Source: a virus
Lineage: Duplodnaviria > Caudoviricetes
Strand: one strand, 5' to 3'
IMG/VR virus record: IMGVR_UViG_3300025706_000001
Span: 32,001 to 96,000 of that record
DNA: 64,000 nt
How positions within the stretch are numbered: position 1 is the stretch's first letter; each line of letters opens with the position of its first letter. Below the pieces are notes generated by a model. The model searched no databases, was not told where the DNA came from, and worked only from the letters and a program-made list of their open reading frames with translations. A program made the position numbers and the translations under genes. Positions 18,593-27,460 of the stretch are shown here, in pieces.

Positions 18593-21500
18593 TCAATGGA
18601 CTTTTGACCTCTTGGGGGCACTATTTTTGCGTGCTACCCGTTGGGGTGGAGAAGTCACTTTGTGGTAGTAGGCGGCGTGAACGGCGCTGTAAAGCTCGAC
18701 GGCGGCGTCGTGGCGTCTGGCTGTAAACAGGGTTGGCGACTTTGCTTGTGCAGACTTTCGTTTCTGTTCCTCGGCTTTCAGTCGCTCGACCTCCTCGGTC
18801 TTTCGTCGTGCCTTATGAACAGCACCGATTACGTCATCGAGCCAGGATGTTTCGGGCTCTCCCAGCAATGATCGTCCGCCAATGTCTCGCCGTCGATCGG
18901 ACGCTGCTTTGGCGATCTCGTGGAAGAGTGTTCTAGTGGCTGGTGAGCTGAAGCCTCCAGTCTTGTTTTTGGAGGCATACATCTCTTCCAGTAGTTTTTG
19001 CGTAACTCTGTCCACCTCTTTCCCGGTCTCAAAAAGCGCCCCCTGCCTTTTCGTTGCGTCGCGAAGCTGCTCCAGACTCTTTACGCCAGGATTGTTGGCG
19101 ATAAATTCAAACGCCTTTTCTAGCGGCTCAGTGATTTGAGATCCGATGCGAATAAGGTGCGGAAGAGCGGTGCCAATCGCATTTTTCAGGCTCCGGGTCT
19201 CGGACCCCTTCTCAAGCACTTGTGGACGAATGAAGCGACTGAGAATCATGTCTTCCACAAGGTCTCGTCCCGATTCGTGTAGTTGGCCGTTCGTTCCAAA
19301 GAACTTGTGGTAGCCAGCAGTGTTTTCAAGGCGATCTCGTAACTTCTGCACAATGGGGTGATTCTTTGCTTTCAGTACCTGTCCAATCGTTGTCTCACCA
19401 GAGACTTGGCCAGCAAGGTCGTTTAGGTCATCTTGGCTCAGGACCGTTTTGCCAATGGACGCAGCCTCACGAATAGGCATCTCAGTTTGCCGTGTTTCCT
19501 TGTTGCCAATGGCGGCGAACTTAGCGAACTCGTCACTCCCAGATCGGATGCCTGGATGGACCCGAACCAAGTATGGATGCTCCATTTGTTCCATCTGCTT
19601 GATCTGTTGGTCATCGAATCCATACTGCTTAGCCTTGGCAATGACGGCATCTTTGAGCCACTTGTAGTCACCTTTTTGCGCTGCGATTAGGGCAGTGACT
19701 GCCCTTCCATTGCCGTTACTTACTTGGCCGTGTTCATCTACGGTGGATGGCCCAGCGAGCGCGTCTGGGTTGTCTGTGGTCCAGTAGGCAGAAACCTTAT
19801 CGTCGAGGTGACGTAGGACTTTCCTGTGGTTCTCGCTGCCAGGGCTGTAGTCTCGTGGCTGCGCGTCCGGGTGCTTGTACTTCGGGTTTGGTGAGATCAC
19901 TCCTTGCGCGTCGGCAATGTGCGACGGCTGTAAGTCTCCAATGTTTACGACGGCGTAATGGGCGACTACCGGATTGATTCCTTCTCCGTGGATTTGCGTG
20001 GCACCTCCGGTGACCATAGGAATCGGCTGTCCTTCAGGTGTTCCACTTGATTTCAGAGTTACTCTCGCTTGGGTTGTTTCCGTCGGAACCGATTGCGACT
20101 TCTTCTGCCTAGATCTTGGCGGGGCTTCGCCTCGCTCAATCGCCTCAGCCCGCTCCCGGCTCTGCTTTGCCCGCAATGACTTGGCGATGGCGGTGTCACG
20201 ACGTGTTTGGGCTTCTCGTTCAATGTCTTCCTGAGACTTAGTTTGCGCAGCAGTCCGTCCAGTCTTTGGCGGCTTCACTGTGGGCGTCCTGCGCTGTTCT
20301 GCCCCTGCGGACAAATCCGGGTAGTCGATCATCCCGGCCGCTCCGGGTTTCGTGCGAGTTATTCGCCCGGCGTTGTCGGCCTTAACACGCGACTGGACCA
20401 TCTCATTGCCAAGTTGGTCGGCTTCAGATGCCGTCAAGGCTCTCGGTGGGGCCGGGGGCCTTGGGCCGGCAGGCTGACGAGTCTGTTTGGGCGTCGCAAC
20501 CGCGCGGGCCGTCTTTGCCCCGCCACGACGACCGCCAACCAGACCGGATGCGATCGCGCCCAGCACGTCAGATCCGACCGAAGGTGCTTTCTGACCCGAT
20601 GGCATCTCGGTCCCGCCGTAGGTTCGGTGAGGGGATACGTCTATGGCCAAGCCGTACTTTTCCGGTCGGCCTCGTTGAGTGAACCGCTGCTTCCACTTGG
20701 CAGGCGTGAAGGTGAACCAGCGAATGGACTCCATCTGCTGCTTACCGGTTGAACGTGGCGGCATCTTGATTTTGAAGATCAGACCGTGTTTGGTGGCAAC
20801 GGCGTGGAGCTTCTTGAGTTCGTTGATGTCACTGGATTCCCCGGTGTCCAATGCCCATCGTTCATTGCCTTCAAGCGGCGGTTGTCGTGGAGGGGCAGGG
20901 TGACCTGTTGGGGAGTCAGGGATGGTTTGCAGTTGTTCGACGGGTGCGGTGAGGGCGTTCTTGCTTTCCAGTTGAAGCAATGGTCTTGGAGCGAGCTTGG
21001 CCCGCTTGGTTGCAGCCCTTTTTTCTGCAGCTTGACGTGATTTGATTTCCTTGATGGCTTTGTCTCTGGCGATTAAGTCGGCCTCAGAAAGTCGCTCAGG
21101 CTCGGCCTGCGGCTTCGGCTGCGGGAAAAGATGCGGGAACATCACTTTCATCACGTCGTCAGCGAACCTCTCGGCGGCATCGCGTAGGTCTGGGTTCTCT
21201 CGCTTCTGTCGAATCTTGGAGAACGTCGGATTTTCGCGGAGCGTATCGGTAAGCCAACGAATTTTCATTGCCACCGTTTCAGGTGTTGGTCTCCACGGAA
21301 GAGACTTGACTACATTGGACCTAAATTCATCATCTACAATTGATCTGAGTTTCTTGTTTTTGTGCCTAGACATGAACTTCAGTTGATCGCTCCCTAAGTC
21401 GGCCTGGAGTACAGAAGAGATGTCTTTTGGCTCCCAGCCGGCTAGGTGTGCTTCCATTATCCATTGGTCAGTGTCTGGCCATGTTTTCATTTCTTCGTGA

Positions 21501-24031
21501 ACCAAAAAAGACTCGCGATTCAATGCCTCCTGTTTCTGTTGGCGTCCACTTGGCTCTTCTTGCGCCAACAGAACGTCGGCTGGATCGGCTTCGCGTGAAA
21601 CAGCCTCTCGTCCTCGAATCGGCTCGTCGTCGCCAGTGTATTCTCCTATGCCTGTGTCCGAAGTTTTGTCGGTATCCCAGGGATGTCGCTCAACGTATTG
21701 TTTAACGTAGTTGTACAGGATGCCTTGGTGATGGGTTGAAAAACTTGCTGGCTTGCCGCTTTTCTTTCCAAGTTTCGTTGGATCGTAGCTGTCGGCCGCA
21801 ATCTCAAAAGTTCCAGGAAGTGGGCTGCCGTCTTCGCCTTCGCGTTTGGAGACCAGCCTGTCGATGGCATTTGTGTAGTTCGGGAACTTCTTCTTCATGT
21901 ACTCGATGCTAGGCTGGATCTTTTGCCAAAGGAATGTAGTCGCTGGCTTGTCGCCTTGACGATGTAGCCTGACGAGTTCAGCGTGCGGAATGGACTTTAG
22001 GTCACGCGGAGGCGTGAACATTTTTTGAAGCGGCGACGAAGCGGTTGCTGGTTGAGTTTGCGGATTTTCCGCTCTGGGTTTTGTGGTAACAGGTGCGAGT
22101 CCGATCGCGTCCAATGCTTTTACGTGCCAGTCTTTCCCAGGCGGCACAGATGCTGATGTAACTCCAAATGGCACATTATGCTCTGGCTTCGGAAGATCTG
22201 CGGACAGTGGGGCATCAAACAAACTCGTCTGTCCAGGGGTAGGAGCACGATCTTTTGTTTCCTTGACCTTGGTAGCGGCATACTTGTTTGCGCCGGACAA
22301 TGGATTTGGCGCAAATGTACCAGCCTTGGCCCCGGTCCCTCGTCCGTGGCGTGGCGGCCCATTCCCGACAGCGGACTGCAACTTCATCGGCTGCATCATG
22401 GTTGCGGCCGGAATGCCGTTGTTGAACCCCTCGAAGTCGATATGGTGTCCGGCCTGCTGACCTCCGTACCGCTCGACCTCGCCGTAGTAGGCTGCGGAGA
22501 ACCGTTGGAGTAGGTCGTCTACTTGGCAAATTTGGGTGTACTTCTCGACCACGGCGTCGGCGAACTGCTTGGCACTAGACGAGAGCGAGAACGGGCTGAA
22601 TCGCCGTGTTTTTGGATCGAGTTGCTGAGGTGGCGTGACGACTGGTCCCGTAGCAACCGGTAATTGAGGATAAACGGTTTCGTCTGCGCGTCCACCAATC
22701 ACTGGCTCTCTTGGCTCGGTGGGTGGTGTTGCTGTTGGCGGAGATGGCTTCAAGCCTTCCAGCTTGCCCTTTCCGACGCCTCGCTCAGGAAAAACGGCGT
22801 TGGCCAGGAATGATGCTCGCTTTCTGACGAGTTCTGGATCTACGCCGGCGCTGACGGCTCTTCTTACGCCCGTCTTCGTAGTCTTAGTGATATCCTTTGG
22901 GCCGTACATCATTTCAGACGCGAGTTCGACTAGCGGGTGATTCGCAGGGAGGTATTTCATCGCCTGACTTGTTTCTGGAGAGACCGCTTGCATCTCGACT
23001 CGCGTTCCACGACCTTGACGTGGCACGTCGGATGGGACGCCATGTTCAACATGGATGAAGCTGCCATGTTCCGGGTGATCCACATGGCTCAAGCGAAACA
23101 GTCGTCCTTCGTGCGCAAGATATTTGACAAGTTTCACGGCAGAGTCGGGTGGAAGGCCGTGAATGTCCTGGTTATGAATTCGGAACCAGTTTCCTAAGTC
23201 ATCTTGCAGTCCCTTGACGCGACGCTCGTCACTGAGTGGACGGGCCTTAGTGGTCTTGGTGACTGTTGTGGGTGCTTTCGTTGGAGGCGGAGCAATGGAT
23301 TCTCCGCCAGCAACAAGCGATTTCTGTGCAGTAGATGATGGCGTGTCTGCCGTCGTCACCGGGGCCATTTCCGGCATGTCCGGCAGTTTGTCTACCTTGA
23401 CGACGGCTGGCTCGGCTGGATTTTTGTCAAACCATGAGGTCTGGCCTTGCTGTGGTTTGCTTTTACGACTCGACTTACTGGCGTATTTTTGCTCACGCCC
23501 AGGATCGGACAGGTCGGGCAAACTGTCAAAGATCGACCTTGGCTTCTTCACGGCGTACTTGTCCATTGGTTGGGCACCTACTGCGTACTGGCTTTCGCCT
23601 GCCATCTCTGTAGCGATGGTCTCGTTTCTGGGGTCAATCTCTCTGTCCGGCGCAGGCGTCTCTGGCTTGGCCATCTCCCGTTCCCACTCTGCCTTCTGCC
23701 TATTGGACAGCATCTTGTGGCCTGTCCCCAGGTCGGTTTTGTGGGTTACGATGCCGGTGTCGTGGGCGTCTTCAAGGAACTTGGCAAGGCGGCCACCGTT
23801 GCGTCTGTGATTCAACGCGCCAAGCATGTTCACATGGTCGCCAAACAGGTACTCGATTCTTCGTCCATCAGGATACAGCATCTTGATGTACGGACGCTCT
23901 TTGCTCCCCGATGACAGGAGCTGGGGCGGCATGTCGGGGCGTTCTGGCTGCGGCTCTTCGACCTGACGGTAGCGTTCAGGTTGTCCGTAGTACGCACGAA
24001 ACACAGCGGTGCAGAAAGAACTTTTGGTCAT
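18593..24031 (-). CDS. Giant polyvalent head-associated protein A (sigma70-like domain + ddrB-like ParB domain)
   Basis: Sigma region-2-like 'ELVRL..GD..A...L...ADSYDPTK...SFSTH' plus a region-4-like HTH (~21400-22000). ddrB-ParB-like 'YAVV...DLQPSH...NP.Y...QPRD...SNGNGR...LVRV' (~19500-19970). Confidence 0.75.
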   Translation of the reverse strand: MTKSSFCTAVFRAYYGQPERYRQVEEPQPERPDMPPQLLSSGSKERPYIKMLYPDGRRIEYLFGDHVNMLGALNHRRNGGRLAKFLEDAHDTGIVTHKTDLGTGHKMLSNRQKAEWEREMAKPETPAPDREIDPRNETIATEMAGESQYAVGAQPMDKYAVKKPRSIFDSLPDLSDPGREQKYASKSSRKSKPQQGQTSWFDKNPAEPAVVKVDKLPDMPEMAPVTTADTPSSTAQKSLVAGGESIAPPPTKAPTTVTKTTKARPLSDERRVKGLQDDLGNWFRIHNQDIHGLPPDSAVKLVKYLAHEGRLFRLSHVDHPEHGSFIHVEHGVPSDVPRQGRGTRVEMQAVSPETSQAMKYLPANHPLVELASEMMYGPKDITKTTKTGVRRAVSAGVDPELVRKRASFLANAVFPERGVGKGKLEGLKPSPPTATPPTEPREPVIGGRADETVYPQLPVATGPVVTPPQQLDPKTRRFSPFSLSSSAKQFADAVVEKYTQICQVDDLLQRFSAAYYGEVERYGGQQAGHHIDFEGFNNGIPAATMMQPMKLQSAVGNGPPRHGRGTGAKAGTFAPNPLSGANKYAATKVKETKDRAPTPGQTSLFDAPLSADLPKPEHNVPFGVTSASVPPGKDWHVKALDAIGLAPVTTKPRAENPQTQPATASSPLQKMFTPPRDLKSIPHAELVRLHRQGDKPATTFLWQKIQPSIEYMKKKFPNYTNAIDRLVSKREGEDGSPLPGTFEIAADSYDPTKLGKKSGKPASFSTHHQGILYNYVKQYVERHPWDTDKTSDTGIGEYTGDDEPIRGREAVSREADPADVLLAQEEPSGRQQKQEALNRESFLVHEEMKTWPDTDQWIMEAHLAGWEPKDISSVLQADLGSDQLKFMSRHKNKKLRSIVDDEFRSNVVKSLPWRPTPETVAMKIRWLTDTLRENPTFSKIRQKRENPDLRDAAERFADDVMKVMFPHLFPQPKPQAEPERLSEADLIARDKAIKEIKSRQAAEKRAATKRAKLAPRPLLQLESKNALTAPVEQLQTIPDSPTGHPAPPRQPPLEGNERWALDTGESSDINELKKLHAVATKHGLIFKIKMPPRSTGKQQMESIRWFTFTPAKWKQRFTQRGRPEKYGLAIDVSPHRTYGGTEMPSGQKAPSVGSDVLGAIASGLVGGRRGGAKTARAVATPKQTRQPAGPRPPAPPRALTASEADQLGNEMVQSRVKADNAGRITRTKPGAAGMIDYPDLSAGAEQRRTPTVKPPKTGRTAAQTKSQEDIEREAQTRRDTAIAKSLRAKQSRERAEAIERGEAPPRSRQKKSQSVPTETTQARVTLKSSGTPEGQPIPMVTGGATQIHGEGINPVVAHYAVVNIGDLQPSHIADAQGVISPNPKYKHPDAQPRDYSPGSENHRKVLRHLDDKVSAYWTTDNPDALAGPSTVDEHGQVSNGNGRAVTALIAAQKGDYKWLKDAVIAKAKQYGFDDQQIKQMEQMEHPYLVRVHPGIRSGSDEFAKFAAIGNKETRQTEMPIREAASIGKTVLSQDDLNDLAGQVSGETTIGQVLKAKNHPIVQKLRDRLENTAGYHKFFGTNGQLHESGRDLVEDMILSRFIRPQVLEKGSETRSLKNAIGTALPHLIRIGSQITEPLEKAFEFIANNPGVKSLEQLRDATKRQGALFETGKEVDRVTQKLLEEMYASKNKTGGFSSPATRTLFHEIAKAASDRRRDIGGRSLLGEPETSWLDDVIGAVHKARRKTEEVERLKAEEQKRKSAQAKSPTLFTARRHDAAVELYSAVHAAYYHKVTSPPQRVARKNSAPKRSKVH

Positions 24032-24082
24032 GGCTTGCAACCTGAACATCAAGTGGGTCAAAGAACTTCGTACCGAAGTCTA

Positions 24083-25669
24083 CTAGGACCAGGGCTTGTT
24101 GGATGGCGGAACCTTCTGTTGGGAATTATGCCGTTGCTGAATTCGCTGAGCCGCCATTCTCAATTCTTCGGGAATTCGTGGCTTGGAAGTTGCTGGCTTT
24201 GTCGCTGCTGGTGTTGGACTGGCTTGGGTTGGTGCGGCCGTTGTTTCGGAAGGCAGGAGATCTCTTAGGTGAATCCCGGTGCCTTGAAGCTGTTTGGCGG
24301 CTTTGGCTAAATCACCATAGGTGCCCTTGCCGGGCGGTGGAGGCGGAGGCGGGGGGGCGGCGGCGGCGTACTTGTCGTCAAATCTGTCTCCCGTGCCAGT
24401 CAGGGAATAGTCGATTTCTTCGTCTGGCAAGCTGTAGTTGAATTGTCCTGCAAATCCACCTTTCTTTTCCGCCGCGATCTGTTGCCCTGCAGATTCTTGT
24501 CTCTTTCGTTCTGCAGCACTAGGTGGCGGCGGCGGCGGAGACTTTCCTAGTTTCTGTAGTGTCTTGGTCGCCGGATACCTTGGCTTTGGCAGTGGTGGCG
24601 GCGGCAAAACGGTGCCCGTTCCGGTTAGGGAGTAGTCGATCTTTGGTGCCTGAACGGACACGCCCACTCCTGGCCCGCCTCCCGTCGCTTGTCTTGCCTT
24701 CATGCGGGCGACGTTATGCCTGGCATGTCGCAGCCGAGTCTGAACGTTGTTTTGTGCCGAATCGGTAAAGCCAGACGAGTCGGCCGTTGCAGCAGGTGGT
24801 GAAGCTGATTCAGGCTTGGCACATCCGCCGCCCATTGCCGACATGGCAATCCCCGCGCCCAGGGCCGCCTTCTTGGCCGCATCCATGATCCCGTAGTCTT
24901 CTTTGTCGGCAGTGACATGATCGCCTGTGCCGGTCTCGGAGTAGTCGGGTTTGGACGGATAGTCTCCAGCAAGCGTGATTCGAGTTCCAAAAGACGACAT
25001 CGGCCTTGGCTGCGCCGGGTACATTCCTGACGCTCCTTTTCGCTTCATCATGGGGTCGTCGTCAACGGAGCCCGTATTGGAATCACCAAGGGCGTACTCG
25101 AAATGCTTCTGCTCAGGGGTGTCTGGGATCGTTTCTGGCTGCGCAAACGTCGGCTTAACGTAACCTTTTGTTCCTGACGGAGCAGGCTGTCCTGCATGGA
25201 AATCTGCCTGATCTGAGTGATATTTGGCAAATCGCGCCGCTTCCAGGTCGTCCGTATTTTTGGCCAACGCGCCGAAATATCTTGCCAGTCCACTGTGCGC
25301 TTGTGCGGCATCCTTGTGCAAGCCTTTCTTAGACAGAAGCTCTGCCGCACGAAACAGATCGCCAGCGAGTGGGTTGTACTTTTGCAGAGACTTGCGGTTG
25401 ATGGCTGGCGTTGCTGTCGCCGGTGGTTTTTGTGCCACAGAAGGCTCGCTAACTGCTGGCGACGGTGCTGGTTCTGTCATCTTATTGAAAAGCGACGGCT
25501 GATCCTTCATCGGCTTGACGGCGTACTGGTCGGGCGCTACTGGGGCGTCGTCGCCGAGGGCGTATTTTGGCGGCGCATTCCCGCATGTTGCAATGTTGGC
25601 GAGGGTGTAGACCTCTGGCCCCACCCCATAGTACGCCCGCGCCGCGTCGTGAAAAAGATCGCTTGTCAT
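24083..25669 (-). CDS. Low-complexity head-associated protein with repeated xxY[AS] motifs
   Basis: 528 aa, Pro/Ala-rich, with repeated DYSLTGTG and KYA motifs. Lies in the head module. Confidence 0.7.
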   Translation of the reverse strand: MTSDLFHDAARAYYGVGPEVYTLANIATCGNAPPKYALGDDAPVAPDQYAVKPMKDQPSLFNKMTEPAPSPAVSEPSVAQKPPATATPAINRKSLQKYNPLAGDLFRAAELLSKKGLHKDAAQAHSGLARYFGALAKNTDDLEAARFAKYHSDQADFHAGQPAPSGTKGYVKPTFAQPETIPDTPEQKHFEYALGDSNTGSVDDDPMMKRKGASGMYPAQPRPMSSFGTRITLAGDYPSKPDYSETGTGDHVTADKEDYGIMDAAKKAALGAGIAMSAMGGGCAKPESASPPAATADSSGFTDSAQNNVQTRLRHARHNVARMKARQATGGGPGVGVSVQAPKIDYSLTGTGTVLPPPPLPKPRYPATKTLQKLGKSPPPPPPSAAERKRQESAGQQIAAEKKGGFAGQFNYSLPDEEIDYSLTGTGDRFDDKYAAAAPPPPPPPPGKGTYGDLAKAAKQLQGTGIHLRDLLPSETTAAPTQASPTPAATKPATSKPRIPEELRMAAQRIQQRHNSQQKVPPSNKPWS

Positions 25670-25680
25670 CGAAAAGCTCC

Positions 25681-26016
25681 TTATTCGTTTTGATCCTGGT
25701 AATAAGCAGTATACAACGAGGCGGCGAAGCTGCGAATAGCGTTCAGCGAGTGTTTTGACGGGCGGCCAGTGCTTCGCGAAGGTCGCGTGGGCTGGACTGA
25801 AGCCTCATCCTCGGACCCCTCCTGCTCTTGATCCTCGTCCGCGTCCTGGTCAGGCGTCTCCGACTCTTCTGAATCAGCATCGTCAGCCTCCATCTTTGAC
25901 AGCTTCGTATAGTACAGTGGGTCACTGGCTGAATGGTCGCGGGCGATTTCACTGGCCACGTCTTCGGATTCCGTGTGTTCCTTTTCGTGGCGTATTCCGT
26001 CTGTCAGTGCATTCAA
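25681..26016 (-). CDS. DUF5661-like small protein
   Basis: 'G...EKEHT....A.EIARDH....P.YYTKL..ME' signature followed by an acidic tail. Confidence 0.7.
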   Translation of the reverse strand: MNALTDGIRHEKEHTESEDVASEIARDHSASDPLYYTKLSKMEADDADSEESETPDQDADEDQEQEGSEDEASVQPTRPSRSTGRPSKHSLNAIRSFAASLYTAYYQDQNE

Positions 26017-26067
26017 ATCAAAAGTTCTTTCTGGCCTATTGTGTTGCCACTTTCATAGTCATTTATT

Positions 26068-27267
26068 TTAGGCTATCTCCAGTGCTTCCTGCTTCACAGA
26101 CCGCCCAACGGCAATCTCCACAGGCGTTAACCCTTGCGGATCGCTTCGGTCGGCAACCACCGCCCTAGCGTAGTTTTTAAGATTCAATGATGCGTTTACG
26201 TCTCTGTCGTGTACCGCACCACAATCGCACGTCCACTGACGAACCGATAGCGGCAACTTATCGCGTTTCAAGCCGCAAACGTTGCACGTTTTCGATGACG
26301 GAAACCATTGATCGGTAGCAACAACTGTTCCGCCACGCCACGCCGATTTATACTCGACTTGACGCCGAAATTCGCTCCATCCCGAATCGCTTATCGCCCG
26401 CGACAGATGTCGGTTTTTGAGCATCCCGGCAACGTGCAAGTCTTCAATTCCGATCAAACTGAAATTGGCCGTATAGTAATCACTTGCCTTGTGGATGAAG
26501 TCGGAGCGTTGGCAGGCGATATGGAAATGCAGCTTCGCAAGTTTGCCTGCTGACTTGCGACGGTTGTTTGATCCTTTCTGTTTGCGGGAATGACGGCGGG
26601 ACAGGCGACGCAATTTCTTCAATGAACGGCACAGTGGACGCGGCGGGTCAAGCCGAGAACCATCTGAACCAACACAGAAGTGAGATAGGCCCAAGTCGAT
26701 TCCAACCGCAGGCCCTTGGTTTTCAGGCACTACGATGTCTTCCTCGACCTGGACCGATACGAACCAGCGACCAGCACGCTGGCTGATTGTGGCGGAGTTG
26801 ATCTTGACGGTGGATGTTGGGATGTAGCCACAACGCATCAGGCGGACAAAACCAATTTTGGGAAGGCGTATGCGGTCATCACAAACAGTGACGACTTCAC
26901 CAGCAACACGATACTTCGGCGTTGACTTGTGTTTTGACTTGAACTTCGGAAAGCCGACCTTCTTACCGCTCTTGATACCTCTAAAGAAGTTCTTGAATGC
27001 CGCCTCGCAGTCTCGGATCGCTGCCTGATGCGACCACTTACTGACCGAGTTCGCCCACTCAAACTCGCCTCCAGGCCGCTTCTTCGCGTTGAACTCTGCG
27101 TCAACCTCGCGGTATGGCAGTGTCTTGCCTGTCTTTTCGTAGTGGGCGATTTTGCGTCCCAATGCGAAGTTGAAGGCAAATCGAGCCGTTCCACAATGCC
27201 GAGCCAGCGACTCCTGCTGCTCAGTTGTAGGTTGTAGCTCCGTCTTATAGGCTCGCTGGATCAACAT
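26068..27267 (-). CDS. tnpB: TnpB RNA-guided endonuclease, solo copy 2
   Basis: 'RAYKTEL.PT.EQ...ARF.FN', RuvC GIDLG / IEDL / DRDVNA intact, 'FPSSKTC..CG'. The 3' end carries omegaRNA-type CGCCTGTGGAG...GAAGCAGGAA. Confidence 0.95.
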   Translation of the reverse strand: MLIQRAYKTELQPTTEQQESLARHCGTARFAFNFALGRKIAHYEKTGKTLPYREVDAEFNAKKRPGGEFEWANSVSKWSHQAAIRDCEAAFKNFFRGIKSGKKVGFPKFKSKHKSTPKYRVAGEVVTVCDDRIRLPKIGFVRLMRCGYIPTSTVKINSATISQRAGRWFVSVQVEEDIVVPENQGPAVGIDLGLSHFCVGSDGSRLDPPRPLCRSLKKLRRLSRRHSRKQKGSNNRRKSAGKLAKLHFHIACQRSDFIHKASDYYTANFSLIGIEDLHVAGMLKNRHLSRAISDSGWSEFRRQVEYKSAWRGGTVVATDQWFPSSKTCNVCGLKRDKLPLSVRQWTCDCGAVHDRDVNASLNLKNYARAVVADRSDPQGLTPVEIAVGRSVKQEALEIA

Positions 27268-27373
27268 TGGACGCGAGTACGGAGCCCCGCCGCAGGTGTT
27301 AACAGAACGGCGGCAAGCAGCCGCAGAACTTACTGCGGGCGGGACGTGATCGAAATGTTCTGTTAACACCGTC

Positions 27374-27402
27374 ATCGTAGCATGACCTAAATCATCTGTC
27401 AA
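27374..27402 (-). promoter_or_regulatory. Sigma70-type promoter of tnpB copy 2
   Basis: TTGACA-17 nt-TACGAT with an extended TG, read on the minus strand. Confidence 0.7.
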
Positions 27403-27460
27403 GCGATCAGTTGAGGTAGCTATCGACTGTGCGGAACTATTGGTTTAACGATCATTGGCG

